DNA from: a virus
Taxonomy: Duplodnaviria; Caudoviricetes
Length of the DNA stretch: 64,000 nt
Virus record (IMG/VR): IMGVR_UViG_3300028591_000175
Location: 1-64,000 of that record
Direction: 5' to 3' (one strand)
How positions within the stretch are numbered: position 1 is the stretch's first letter; each line of letters opens with the position of its first letter. The translations under genes and the position numbers were made by a program. This document shows, piece by piece, positions 28,201-37,717 of this stretch. Under the pieces are notes generated by a model. It searched no databases and was not told the DNA's origin. It saw nothing but the letters and a program-made list of their open reading frames with translations.

Positions 28201-28973
28201 TATTCTTTTCCTTCTTTCTTCGCAAGTTCAGCTCTTTTCTTTAATAAATAATCTTTAACTGTTTGCGACATTGCTGTATTTTTTGTTTTGAAGTGATGAC
28301 TGTCTAAGTGTCTTAAATGTTCAACACATATTTTGTCACTTGCATATTCTTTGTATCCAGCTTCATATAGTGCAATATAAAATGCTACATTTGGTATTGC
28401 TATTTCTGGGTATAAAGGACATTTATCTTCATCTAATATGGTGTATGCACAATATCCTCCCCAATTTTCTGGGTGAATATCTTTATATGAAGTTATAGGT
28501 GTAGTACCAGCTGTAAAATTATTATTATTTTGATTAACATAAAACTTAAACATACACGCTGTATTTTCTGTTGCTTTACTAAGTTTTAATAATTCATTTA
28601 CGGCAGCCTCCTCTTTTATTGCGTCGTCAATAGGGAAATACCAGAATACTTTTTGGTCATCTGGATACATAGTTCTAACTTTTGCTCTTAATCTATTTCT
28701 TGTTGAATACATAATATTATCTTGATTATATTTATGTTTATCACTCACTAAAACTAATTTTTTACCCGTTACGTCGTATAATTTTTGTACTTGCTCCTCT
28801 GTTGTAAATCCTTCAACGTCATTAGCATATACAATTACAGGGTCTGCTATATCTGTGTAATTTACACCTACTCTTATCAATTCTTTGAATAATCTTATAT
28901 AATTATCTACAAAGACGTCTACATATCTTTCTAAATAACCACTCCAACTAACACTACCAAAACAATATTTCAT
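28200..28973 (-). CDS. Possible divergent GT-A fold glycosyltransferase
   Basis: FWYFPIDD acidic motif after a hydrophobic strand, WGGYCAY, C-terminal HLRHLDS. Confidence 0.4.
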   Translation of the reverse strand: MKYCFGSVSWSGYLERYVDVFVDNYIRLFKELIRVGVNYTDIADPVIVYANDVEGFTTEEQVQKLYDVTGKKLVLVSDKHKYNQDNIMYSTRNRLRAKVRTMYPDDQKVFWYFPIDDAIKEEAAVNELLKLSKATENTACMFKFYVNQNNNNFTAGTTPITSYKDIHPENWGGYCAYTILDEDKCPLYPEIAIPNVAFYIALYEAGYKEYASDKICVEHLRHLDSHHFKTKNTAMSQTVKDYLLKKRAELAKKEGKE

Positions 28974-28975
28974 AA

Positions 28976-29341
28976 CTATTCTTCCTTTCTTTTTCGTAAT
29001 TTTTCTAATACGTAATCAATCCCTCCGAAGTTATTATCGTCTATATATTCATTACAAAAAATCTTTCGTGGGTTATTACCAAACCAATCCTTCATATGAG
29101 GTAGATTATCGTTCACTGCGTTGAATTTAATTCCGTGGTCTTCACACCACATAAGCGCACCTTCTAATGCAATTCCTTCACGCATAGTCACAAGCACTAA
29201 ATAAGCACCTTTTCTTTGTTCTTCAAGTATGTAATCTATAACCTCTTGGATAGGTTCTCCTATATTAGGATAAGGGGACACTATTGTAGCCAGTGTCCCG
29301 TCAAAATCAACACCTATTATTCTATTTCTTTTCTTCTTCAT
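28976..29341 (-). CDS. HAD-family phosphatase
   Basis: IIGVDFDGTL motif I, TMREG, PRKI..YIDD. Confidence 0.8.
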   Translation of the reverse strand: MKKKRNRIIGVDFDGTLATIVSPYPNIGEPIQEVIDYILEEQRKGAYLVLVTMREGIALEGALMWCEDHGIKFNAVNDNLPHMKDWFGNNPRKIFCNEYIDDNNFGGIDYVLEKLRKRKEE

Positions 29342-29678
29342 TAACAGGTTCCTCCGCTTTCTTTTTTCTGGTACGTTTCGGTTTTCTTTTCATAAATAAC
29401 ATTTCTTTGTTATCAAAATAAACTTTATCATTACCATTATCTTTTTCGTCTCCTTCAAATTGAGGACGCATAAAAGATATATAAGCGGTTCCGTATTTTT
29501 GCACACATTCTCTTGTACGAGCTAATTTTTGACAATCATTTTTGAAACCTAAATTTATATAATCTAAATCTTCTTTTTTATCGTCAGGTAGATTTTCTAA
29601 ATCAACTTTTACTTCAAATGCGTCAGCCACTTCAAACTCGTGCTTTTTTGTTCTGTGTAAATAAACTCGTAGTATCAT
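29322..29678 (-). CDS. Hypothetical protein
   Basis: ORF between RNA ligase and HAD genes. Confidence 0.65.
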   Translation of the reverse strand: MILRVYLHRTKKHEFEVADAFEVKVDLENLPDDKKEDLDYINLGFKNDCQKLARTRECVQKYGTAYISFMRPQFEGDEKDNGNDKVYFDNKEMLFMKRKPKRTRKKKAEEPVNEEEKK

Positions 29679-29679
29679 T

Positions 29680-30792
29680 CTATTCTCCACCTTTCAATAA
29701 ATATTTATTAGACACAACTTTGAATGAATAGGTCATATCTTCTGTTCTAAATACGACACCTTCTGCGATTTGATTTGGTGAAGCGTCTTCAAAATATTTT
29801 CTGTATTTTATATCGTCAACATATTTCAATAATTTTTCCACAGTATTATCCACTGTTTCCTCAGGGTCAAATTTGAATTTATCTTCTGCGTCAATTAGAG
29901 GTACGTGCTTTAGACCGAATTCTTCACATAATTTTAACATATATAATAAGTCACATTTTACATAGCTTCCATTTTTACCAGTTTTACTTACAAAAGCATT
30001 GAATATAAACCATTCTTTTTCTTTAAGTCCTAATTTATTTCCTTGAATACCTGGTCCACATAATTCTCCTTGGAATGCTACATATATACCATTTATAGCT
30101 TTATAATTTTCAAATTTTTCTTTAGCTTCGTTTTCAAAATATTTATTAACTGTAGTAGTATACATATTTTCGTCTTTATAAAATTGATTTCTACCACCTA
30201 TTAAAAATGCGTCGTCAAATAATCCAACTGTGCAAGAAGTACCGTCAAGTTTTATTGAGCTATACCAATCATCTTGTTCACTATTCATATATGTTGGTAA
30301 AACGTCTGCTGCACAAACTTGAATTCTCTCCTCATCAGTTTTTGGTATATACCATTCGTGATGAATTATATCGCCTAATGCTCCGTTTGAAACCGGTGGT
30401 TCATATTTTTCTATTTTTAATAATTCAGTTAAATCTTCACCTTCTGGATATTCAGTTCTAAAATCTATTTCACCATTTATCTGTACCATTAAATCTTTTA
30501 TTTGCTCATAAGGTATTACTAATCCTTGAGAAATTTGATTTCTAAATTTATGTGTAGAAATCTTATACTTATTTAATTTTTGTGACCAAGAAGAACCCTT
30601 TAAGAATTCAAACGCTGGAATATCGGGAAGTAAGCTATCAATTTCAAAATAAATAACTTTGTCTCCTACTCGATATTCTCCTTTTCTGGCCACACAATCC
30701 CAGTTTAAGATTTGAACAATCTCTATTCTATCTGCACCCTCTATCGGCTTTATCGCCTTGACAGTCTGCACACTTGCTAACTTTCTGCTCAT
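29680..30792 (-). CDS. ATP-dependent RNA ligase (DRB0094/Rnl2-like with N-terminal OB-like domain)
   Basis: MSRKLASVQ..IKPIEGADRIE, YFEIDS, KLDGTS (motif I), QGELCGPGIQGN, EGVVFR, SFKVVSNKYL. Confidence 0.9.
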   Translation of the reverse strand: MSRKLASVQTVKAIKPIEGADRIEIVQILNWDCVARKGEYRVGDKVIYFEIDSLLPDIPAFEFLKGSSWSQKLNKYKISTHKFRNQISQGLVIPYEQIKDLMVQINGEIDFRTEYPEGEDLTELLKIEKYEPPVSNGALGDIIHHEWYIPKTDEERIQVCAADVLPTYMNSEQDDWYSSIKLDGTSCTVGLFDDAFLIGGRNQFYKDENMYTTTVNKYFENEAKEKFENYKAINGIYVAFQGELCGPGIQGNKLGLKEKEWFIFNAFVSKTGKNGSYVKCDLLYMLKLCEEFGLKHVPLIDAEDKFKFDPEETVDNTVEKLLKYVDDIKYRKYFEDASPNQIAEGVVFRTEDMTYSFKVVSNKYLLKGGE

Positions 30793-30892
30793 TTTTTAAT
30801 CCTCCTTCTCTATAATGGTCACAACCAGGACACCCCATTTTTTCCACTCTACAGTGGTCTATATCATATCCTGTACCCGTACATATTCTCAT
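30728..30892 (-). CDS. 54-aa Cys-rich protein overlapping the ligase start
   Basis: GGAGG RBS; MRICTG...CRVEKMGCPGC; 7 Cys. Confidence 0.55.
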   Translation of the reverse strand: MRICTGTGYDIDHCRVEKMGCPGCDHYREGGLKNEQKVSKCADCQGDKADRGCR

Positions 30893-30913
30893 TATAAATA
30901 CCTCCTCGTAATA

Positions 30914-31108
30914 TTATTTTACTAATTCACGACTAAGATTATTTACAAATTCATTGATTTTAGTTTGCATATATTCTGCGTCTTCCATTTTCGTACAACT
31001 AATAGTAGGTAAATTAAGTTGATAATTATTGCTACCTAATATAGTAATGTTGTTTGAAAATGTAAGATGTATTGATTTATCTTTTCCTTCTAATGTAGTC
31101 ATAGTCAT
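30914..31108 (-). CDS. Hypothetical protein
   Basis: 64-aa ORF, GGAGG RBS. Confidence 0.6.
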   Translation of the reverse strand: MTMTTLEGKDKSIHLTFSNNITILGSNNYQLNLPTISCTKMEDAEYMQTKINEFVNNLSRELVK

Positions 31109-31329
31109 TACATACCTCCTTCTCTATCCAATGGTGGACCAAAACCAAGTTGTGTTTTAGTCCCAGATATATTGGCTAATCGTTCATAGACTTCTAATTT
31201 TGCTTTGGCTACAGCTAATTCATTTTTTAGTTGTGCGTTTTCATTTTCTAGTGTAAACACTCTATTCATTACAATATTTTCTATTTTGTCATACGCGTTG
31301 TTTTCGGTTTCTACTTTACGAGTAGCCAT
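31108..31329 (-). CDS. Coiled-coil hypothetical protein
   Basis: LENENAQLKNEL heptads. Confidence 0.65.
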   Translation of the reverse strand: MATRKVETENNAYDKIENIVMNRVFTLENENAQLKNELAVAKAKLEVYERLANISGTKTQLGFGPPLDREGGM

Positions 31330-31349
31330 TATATCCTCTCCTTAATCTA

Positions 31350-32153
31350 TTATTTATTCATATTGAATAGCACAGTAGGGTCGTCGCTAAGCATTGTTGT
31401 AGGGAATTGACCATTCCATTTTTGTATCATTTCTCTTTGTATTTCTAATCTTAGTTGTTCTAATGATTTATCAGTTACAGATTGTGATTGTAACTCTCTT
31501 ACTTTTGCTTCTGCCTCTGCTGTATTTATTTTTTGTTCATTTTGAACTTTTATAATTTCAAGTTGAGCTTTTTCAGCCTCAGCTTTTTGTTGGTTTGTAG
31601 TTTTAGCTTCAATAGCTTTATTGTATTCGTCTGTAAAGTCTATATTTTCTAGGTTTACAGCACTAATTAAGAAATATTCGTCAAGTCTTGCATTTAATTC
31701 TTCTGTTATTTTAGCAGCAACTTCTGCTCTTTTTGTTATCATTTCTTCTGCTGTAAATTGAGCCATACTAGCTTTAAGACTAGATTGTAATGCAGGGTTT
31801 AATATTACGTCGTTATAATGCTCTCCTACTTTTGCGTATAATTCTGTTACTTTTTCAGGTTTAATTTGATAGTTAATTGACATTGTTATATTTACAATTT
31901 GAAGGTCTTTTGCACTTCCTTCAACAGTATTTGAATATTTTTGTGTTCTAATATCTACGTCGTGTACGTCTTCAACGAATGGTTTAATCCAATGAAAACC
32001 TGCGTCTAAATATTTATCTTGAACATTTTGATACAATGTTACAACTCCTATGTGTCCTGTTGGTACTATTGTTGTACCTGCAAAAAATATAATCATTCCT
32101 ATAAATAATACTACTACTCCGATTACTAGAGCCATTGTTTGTTTTCTACTCAT
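31350..32153 (-). CDS. SPFH / prohibitin (band 7) membrane protein
   Basis: TM helix, VPTGHIGVV, SAKDLQ, FTAEEMITKR, YNKAIEAK, IQKWNG. Confidence 0.9.
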   Translation of the reverse strand: MSRKQTMALVIGVVVLFIGMIIFFAGTTIVPTGHIGVVTLYQNVQDKYLDAGFHWIKPFVEDVHDVDIRTQKYSNTVEGSAKDLQIVNITMSINYQIKPEKVTELYAKVGEHYNDVILNPALQSSLKASMAQFTAEEMITKRAEVAAKITEELNARLDEYFLISAVNLENIDFTDEYNKAIEAKTTNQQKAEAEKAQLEIIKVQNEQKINTAEAEAKVRELQSQSVTDKSLEQLRLEIQREMIQKWNGQFPTTMLSDDPTVLFNMNK

Positions 32154-32179
32154 AATTTCAATCCTCCTATTAAATTCAA

Positions 32180-32404
32180 TTATTTTTTAAGTTCTTTTAA
32201 TTCTGTCTCAAGTGTTTCAATCTTTTTATACAATCTATCGACTAAATCATTAAGCATTTTGTTATCACTTTCTTGTGATTTGATTTGTCTTTCTTGCATT
32301 TGAATTTTAACTTGTGATGGTACGTCTTCCTTATATTTATAAAACGCATAAGATAGAGCAATACCAATAATTACACCAATCATAAATACTGGAAACATAG
32401 CCAT
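32180..32404 (-). CDS. Small membrane protein with coiled coil
   Basis: N-terminal TM helix then heptads. Confidence 0.65.
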   Translation of the reverse strand: MAMFPVFMIGVIIGIALSYAFYKYKEDVPSQVKIQMQERQIKSQESDNKMLNDLVDRLYKKIETLETELKELKK

Positions 32405-32406
32405 AA

Positions 32407-32634
32407 TTATTCCTCCCCGTTATCTAAAATATCTGTCAACGCGTTAATTTCTTCTGGAATTCTTGCAATAGCCACTAATGCGTCACCTGTTTCAGCACTA
32501 CCTAATGTGTCACGAAGATTTGCAGTTAATGTTTTCAATGTATCGTGTATTTCAGCAAGTGTTGAATTTAACGTCTTCATTTCTAGTAACTTTTTTTCTT
32601 CAATATGTAACAATTTGCTTTCAAACGGTGTCAC
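32407..32634 (-). CDS. Hypothetical protein
   Basis: 75-aa ORF, GTG start with GGAGG RBS. Confidence 0.6.
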   Translation of the reverse strand: MTPFESKLLHIEEKKLLEMKTLNSTLAEIHDTLKTLTANLRDTLGSAETGDALVAIARIPEEINALTDILDNGEE

Positions 32635-33152
32635 TTTAGATACCCTCCTTTCAATAAATAATCTAGTGTCACGGGTTTATAATTATATAACATACACCCT
32701 ACGTTATATCTATTTATATCAGGTCGGTTATCTGGTTTGTGTGTATGACCGTGTAAGTGAATACTTCCGTGTTCTTTACAATTCCAGCTTTCTATTGGAT
32801 AATGTGATAAAATTATAAATTTACCGTTTATCTTTAGCTCTTTATAGTGAACCATCTCCTCGAAGTATCTAGGATTAAATGCTTGCTTGTTTATATATGT
32901 ATCGTGATTTCCAATAATTAAATGTTTTTTTCCGTTTAATCGACTTAATACATCTGTTATTAAAAATGGTGTCATATATGAATTTTGAAACGCAAAATCT
33001 CCTAAAATATATACTTCGTCGTTTGGTTTAACTACCTCATTCCAATTTTTAATAAGACCTATAGTCATATCTTCTACTGTCTTCCAAGGTCTATCTTCAT
33101 ATTCAATAATATTTTTATGACCTAAATGTAGGTCGCTTGTAAAATAAATCAT
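32631..33152 (-). CDS. Calcineurin-like metallophosphoesterase
   Basis: FTSDLHLGH, ILGDF, GNHD, SHYP, HGHTH. Confidence 0.9.
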   Translation of the reverse strand: MIYFTSDLHLGHKNIIEYEDRPWKTVEDMTIGLIKNWNEVVKPNDEVYILGDFAFQNSYMTPFLITDVLSRLNGKKHLIIGNHDTYINKQAFNPRYFEEMVHYKELKINGKFIILSHYPIESWNCKEHGSIHLHGHTHKPDNRPDINRYNVGCMLYNYKPVTLDYLLKGGYLK

Positions 33153-33406
33153 TATCTTTCTCTGACTGAAAGCAAGTGTTCAATCGCTGTTTTTATTTCT
33201 TGTCCTGCTTCAGCTTTCCCTTCTTTTTCTATTTTATTTATAAAGTCCTTTAACATAGTTACATAGAAAGTGGTGTCAGTATCTTCGTCTAAAATTTTAC
33301 CTAACATTTTATAAACCCTGCGTACACGTCTACGAGGTATAAAGTTTTGAAGTTGCTCTCTCATATTATGATTTTCTTTTTCTAATTCTTTTAATTTGTC
33401 TTCCAT
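33152..33406 (-). CDS. Hypothetical protein
   Basis: 84-aa ORF in operon. Confidence 0.65.
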   Translation of the reverse strand: MEDKLKELEKENHNMREQLQNFIPRRRVRRVYKMLGKILDEDTDTTFYVTMLKDFINKIEKEGKAEAGQEIKTAIEHLLSVRER

Positions 33407-33407
33407 A

Positions 33408-33581
33408 TTAGCTTCCTTTCTTTATTCTCCAAGGACAACGTTTGTGCATTTTATCTGGGTTACTATCGTCAAACGTAGTCGCAGTGTAAATTCTTTCTTC
33501 TGGTTTATTAAATTTAATATTACGTTCACAATTACTATCTTCGCATTCTGTAGCACAATAGCTTTTATCATACATACTCAT
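33408..33581 (-). CDS. Small Cys-containing hypothetical protein
   Basis: MSMYDKSYC..C...C. Confidence 0.55.
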   Translation of the reverse strand: MSMYDKSYCATECEDSNCERNIKFNKPEERIYTATTFDDSNPDKMHKRCPWRIKKGS

Positions 33582-33889
33582 AGTCCTACTAGCCCCTCTT
33601 TCCATACATAGTCTTTTACGTCTTGCAAACTTTTAGCAATAATAAAATGTCCTCCGGCTTTTTTAATTCTCGCTCCCTGTGCTAATTGAATTGCACTGGG
33701 TTTTCCTCCTGGGTCTTTAACTTCTATACCGAAGAACAATCCTCCCCAACAACATAATAAGTCTGGTATACCTGTTTCTTGATATAAGTCTCCACCGTGA
33801 ATTTTATAGCATAATCCACCCAGACTTGTTATGTATTCTTTAATTTCATTCTCAATAGCTTTTTCTTTATGTGGTTTATAATTCCCCAT
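33578..33889 (-). CDS. VRR-NUC nuclease
   Basis: EKAIENEI, GIPDLL, GIEVK.PGGKPSAIQ. Confidence 0.88.
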   Translation of the reverse strand: MGNYKPHKEKAIENEIKEYITSLGGLCYKIHGGDLYQETGIPDLLCCWGGLFFGIEVKDPGGKPSAIQLAQGARIKKAGGHFIIAKSLQDVKDYVWKEGLVGL

Positions 33890-34241
33890 TTTTATATAAC
33901 CCCTCTCTTAGTCTAAGCATTAAATCATCAGCACATTTACATATAACTGGTCCAGCAACACTCATAAAATCTGCCGTTTCTTCTTCGTTTTTACAACAGT
34001 CTTGTTGACCTGTTTCCCATAAATAAACGTGTGTAAGTTCGTGCCTTAATGCTTTTCCTAAAAGAAAGCCGTCTAAATCTTTATCAATATAAATAGTTTG
34101 TGAAATATATTCTGTTATTCCGTGTAGTCTAGCCTCTTGGTCGATTGGTCTATTTTCATAAAATATTCTGTTCATTTCGTCTCTATCTTTGAAGCATAAA
34201 GTCCAAATATTTTTTGGATTAACTGGTGATACAAATTCCAT
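33876..34241 (-). CDS. Zincin-like metallopeptidase-domain protein
   Basis: LRHELTH HExxH motif, later EE. Confidence 0.6.
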   Translation of the reverse strand: MEFVSPVNPKNIWTLCFKDRDEMNRIFYENRPIDQEARLHGITEYISQTIYIDKDLDGFLLGKALRHELTHVYLWETGQQDCCKNEEETADFMSVAGPVICKCADDLMLRLREGLYKNGEL

Positions 34242-34242
34242 A

Positions 34243-34437
34243 TTATTTATCCTCCTTTTTGAATAATAAACTTCTTATCACACTTGCTAATAAACATAGC
34301 GCAAATGCTTGTAAGTAGCTTAAATGAAAGGATAAATGGAACGCCCAACATACAAAATTAACAACAGCCCATAGTGGAAACGCCCATAATATACCACAAA
34401 CAACTAAAATTAAAATAAGTGCAATTATTTTTCCCAT
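34243..34437 (-). CDS. Small two-TM membrane protein
   Basis: Hydrophobic throughout; AGGAG RBS. Confidence 0.65.
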   Translation of the reverse strand: MGKIIALILILVVCGILWAFPLWAVVNFVCWAFHLSFHLSYLQAFALCLLASVIRSLLFKKEDK

Positions 34438-34518
34438 TCTTCATTTCTCCTTTGTGCATATCATATCACAATCGACCTAAATCGTCAATGGGTTTGTTGT
34501 CTATTTCATAAATAATTT

Positions 34519-35256
34519 TTAGAATGGAATATCCTTGTCAATAAACCCTCCTGTATAAGTCCAATCTCTAACGGTTGTATACTCATTATTAGGGAATTCA
34601 ATAGCAACTAATTCAAGATATAATTCTCCATAATCAGCAGGGTCTAAAATTCTTAAATTAACTCCTGGTGAATCATTTATTTCTATCTGTTCAGGAAGCG
34701 GTCTACCATATTCATCAAAACGAGCAATAATTGGCATTTTCTTTCCATACATTCTAGCTCGTTTACTAGCTTGAATTATGTTTTTCCTTACTGCGGGCGT
34801 CATACTGCATTGAAACTCTTTTATATGAATAGGTGCAACTTCCATCATTAACCTACCTTTTACAGCAGACAAAGTAACGAGTATTCTTTCTGGCAATAAA
34901 TCAGGTGTATCTTTAATACAGCATACATACTTTCCTTTGAAGTTTTCTACATTTACCTTCACTTTTGCCTCCTCCTCTTTTCCAATTTGTTTCATAAAAT
35001 CTTCATAATCTAAAGTGGTTGAATAAGGTTCCCAATGTTTAGGTGGATAATATACAGTTCTTGCGTCGCCAGTGAAATCTGTATAAGTCAAAGAAGTTCC
35101 TGGGTGTGTTGTAGTTATAAAACGTCTCGTATTATCACCTAATGAAGTGGTTTCTATTGTATAAGGACTTAAATCTATTTCGGGATATGGTGGTATTATA
35201 GTAGTTCCAAAGGGAGTATGATATATCTCGGGTTCTTCTTTTTTCTTTTTTGACAT
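34519..35256 (-). CDS. Hypothetical protein
   Basis: ATG at 35256 with AAGGGGG RBS. Confidence 0.65.
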   Translation of the reverse strand: MSKKKKEEPEIYHTPFGTTIIPPYPEIDLSPYTIETTSLGDNTRRFITTTHPGTSLTYTDFTGDARTVYYPPKHWEPYSTTLDYEDFMKQIGKEEEAKVKVNVENFKGKYVCCIKDTPDLLPERILVTLSAVKGRLMMEVAPIHIKEFQCSMTPAVRKNIIQASKRARMYGKKMPIIARFDEYGRPLPEQIEINDSPGVNLRILDPADYGELYLELVAIEFPNNEYTTVRDWTYTGGFIDKDIPF

Positions 35257-35258
35257 AA

Positions 35259-36623
35259 TTATTCCCCCTTTTCTAACCATTCTTCAAACATTCTATCATC
35301 AAAATCTTTGCCTTCTTTTAAGTTTCTATAAATAGCTGGCTCAACAGAATTCATAATTTGAAGATAATAATACACAGGTTGTTTTGTTTGACCAATTCTA
35401 TCTATACGGCCTTTTGCTTGTTCAAAATCTATATGATTTTCTGGTGGTGAGAAGAATATAGCAATATTAGTTTTAGCAAAATCATTAAGACCTGCTCCTC
35501 CTGCTACTACATTTACAATAGCAACACAATCATCTTGCTCATACCAATCTTTTAAGTCTTTATGCGCTCCGTCATAAATAACGCAATGTCTTTTTTGTTT
35601 ATCACATAATGCTTTTATAATATAAGTTTCAGTTACAAAGTTAGTGAATACAACAATACGACCTTCGTTTCCATCTAAAAAATCTTCTAACCATTGCAAT
35701 TTTGGGTTATCTTTTAAGTATTTATCAAATATAAATCCACTACAACTTTCACGCATATAAATATGGTGCAAGGTTGGTCTATTAGCGATTATTATATCCT
35801 CGTTAAGTAATTTATCGTCTCCACTTTCTAAAGCGCTTAAAAACGATTTCTCGTCCATTCTAGGCCATACTTTTTTCTCCTTAAAATATTTCATATCAGA
35901 AGTCATTTTGAATAACTGTGGTATTTCGATAGGACGGTCATATTCGCTTTCATATTTTTTATAATAAGTATAATCATTTACAGCCTCGTCCATTTTTTCA
36001 GTTTCTCTATATCCTACTATTTCATTGAACGGAAAACGAGCTTTTCCTGCCCTAACTAAATTCCAGTTTTGAGCTTCAATACAAAATCTTTGCTTAAAAT
36101 CTTTTGGTTTAATATTAAATAATGGGTGTCCTAAGGCTTTGTATTGTGGGTATAAATCTATATATTTTTTATTTTGTGGTGTAGCACTAAGCACTAACAT
36201 ATAAGGTTTATACGTTTCACTCAATGCTTGTATAAATTTACTTTGTTTACTATCATAAGTCTTCATTTTATGACCTTCATCTACTATTACTAAAGCGTCT
36301 ACCATTTTGCATACATATTCAATTTTGGCTTTATTCTTTTCTCTCCAAGCACTTTGAAAACTAGATACAAATTTCATTTCTATTTCAGGTACTTCGTATT
36401 CTAAATCTCTTTTCCAGTCGTCTACTTTTGAAACTGGGCATATTACTACTACACCTTTTATCATATGATTTTTATATAATTTTTCAGCAACAGAAAGGGA
36501 GGTTACAGTCTTCCCTGTACCTGTATCAAAACCTAAATAAGCTCCTCGTTGGTCTGTATTACTCATTCTATAATATATGTCGTCTGCTGTAACTCTTTGA
36601 TACACATATAAATCAGTTTTCAT
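35259..36623 (-). CDS. SNF2-like SF2 helicase
   Basis: LYVYQ, DTGTGKT, IVDEGH, SATP, QAKGRIDRIGQ; start at 36623 with GGAGG RBS. Confidence 0.9.
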   Translation of the reverse strand: MKTDLYVYQRVTADDIYYRMSNTDQRGAYLGFDTGTGKTVTSLSVAEKLYKNHMIKGVVVICPVSKVDDWKRDLEYEVPEIEMKFVSSFQSAWREKNKAKIEYVCKMVDALVIVDEGHKMKTYDSKQSKFIQALSETYKPYMLVLSATPQNKKYIDLYPQYKALGHPLFNIKPKDFKQRFCIEAQNWNLVRAGKARFPFNEIVGYRETEKMDEAVNDYTYYKKYESEYDRPIEIPQLFKMTSDMKYFKEKKVWPRMDEKSFLSALESGDDKLLNEDIIIANRPTLHHIYMRESCSGFIFDKYLKDNPKLQWLEDFLDGNEGRIVVFTNFVTETYIIKALCDKQKRHCVIYDGAHKDLKDWYEQDDCVAIVNVVAGGAGLNDFAKTNIAIFFSPPENHIDFEQAKGRIDRIGQTKQPVYYYLQIMNSVEPAIYRNLKEGKDFDDRMFEEWLEKGE

Positions 36624-36918
36624 TAGACTGAGCCTCCTTCTTTCTCTTATAATAATCTCTATAATATTTTTGTCTTTCTTTTTTGTTTTTCTCATAATGC
36701 TCTTTATAATATTCTTTTCTTTCGTCTTTATGCTCCTTGTAAAATTTTTCATAATTGTCTTTCTTTTCTTTCTGTAACTCTTTACTTTCAGCATAATGTT
36801 TGTTATTACGAGCTTTTATTCTGTCTTTATTTTTCTCATAATATTCTTTGAAGTACGCTTGACGTTCTTCTTTCTTTTTTCTATAATATTCGCGTTGATA
36901 CGCTTTTCTATCACTCAT
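36613..36918 (-). CDS. Low-complexity Y/K/E/R-repeat protein
   Basis: Repeats of K.Y.KEYYEKNK; GGAGG RBS. Confidence 0.65.
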   Translation of the reverse strand: MSDRKAYQREYYRKKKEERQAYFKEYYEKNKDRIKARNNKHYAESKELQKEKKDNYEKFYKEHKDERKEYYKEHYEKNKKERQKYYRDYYKRKKEAQSNEN

Positions 36919-37352
36919 TATTTACCTCCTATATCTTCTAATTTTACAGTCGCTGCAACTTGTGTAGTTTTGGTAAATTTCTTCGCGATTTCAGGCTCCT
37001 CCTCTTTTAGCTTTTTGCTATCTATTGTACTTCTTGTACTAGGAGAAACATAAGTTAATTTTGCTCCACCTACTATTACATTCTTTGGTAAGTTTTGTGT
37101 TTCGTGTAATTTAATGACTTCTGCTTTTAATGGTTCATACACTTCTTTGAATTCTGCCTCCGCTTTTTTCATAGCTTGGTATTTATCATAAAATTCATCA
37201 GACGTACAACCCATAGCTTTACGTAGAGCTTCAGCAAAGTCAGATATTACATCACCAACTGCCTCGTCTTTTGTTTCTTCTTCCTCTACGTCTACATACA
37301 TTTCAGTAATTTCAAATGTTTCTTCGTCAATTTTAATTATTTTCTTTTTCAT
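36918..37352 (-). CDS. Hypothetical protein
   Basis: 144 aa; TIDSKKLKEE.PEI..KF.K motif common in phage replication-region proteins. Confidence 0.65.
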   Translation of the reverse strand: MKKKIIKIDEETFEITEMYVDVEEEETKDEAVGDVISDFAEALRKAMGCTSDEFYDKYQAMKKAEAEFKEVYEPLKAEVIKLHETQNLPKNVIVGGAKLTYVSPSTRSTIDSKKLKEEEPEIAKKFTKTTQVAATVKLEDIGGK

Positions 37353-37714
37353 ATTTTATGCTCCTCCCAATGATTTTTTATTCTTTGATACACATTACGA
37401 GCAGTCAATCCACCCATAACAGGCTCGTCTCCATACTCGTATCTTTCCCAAGGAGTAAAACCTCCCATTATTTCTAGTCTATCTTTCTCGGCTCCAAATG
37501 TGCCAAAACCTTCAATCACGCTTATCCATCTATGTTCACTATCGAATACAGGATAACAGATTTGATAATGCTCCACTAGGTCGGGAGCTACTTTTTTAAG
37601 TTTTTCTAGTTTGTCTTCGTCGTAGCCCCAACCTTCATTCCAACTGAACGGAATTCCTGCGTCCTCAAGCATTTTCTTTAACTTAAATATTTCTTTATAT
37701 TTTTTACTTTTCAC
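37349..37714 (-). CDS. Hypothetical protein
   Basis: 121-aa ORF, GTG start with GGAGG RBS. Confidence 0.65.
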   Translation of the reverse strand: MKSKKYKEIFKLKKMLEDAGIPFSWNEGWGYDEDKLEKLKKVAPDLVEHYQICYPVFDSEHRWISVIEGFGTFGAEKDRLEIMGGFTPWERYEYGDEPVMGGLTARNVYQRIKNHWEEHKI

Positions 37715-37717
37715 GTA

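Noticed and set aside
32180-34437. Small membrane proteins as a lysis cassette
   Set aside because: No endolysin nearby and they lie in the middle-gene arm; lysis genes are probably outside the window
35259-36794. N-terminal extension of the helicase in the ORF track
   Set aside because: It is an alternate-frame reading of the upstream Y/K/E gene; an RBS supports the start at 36623
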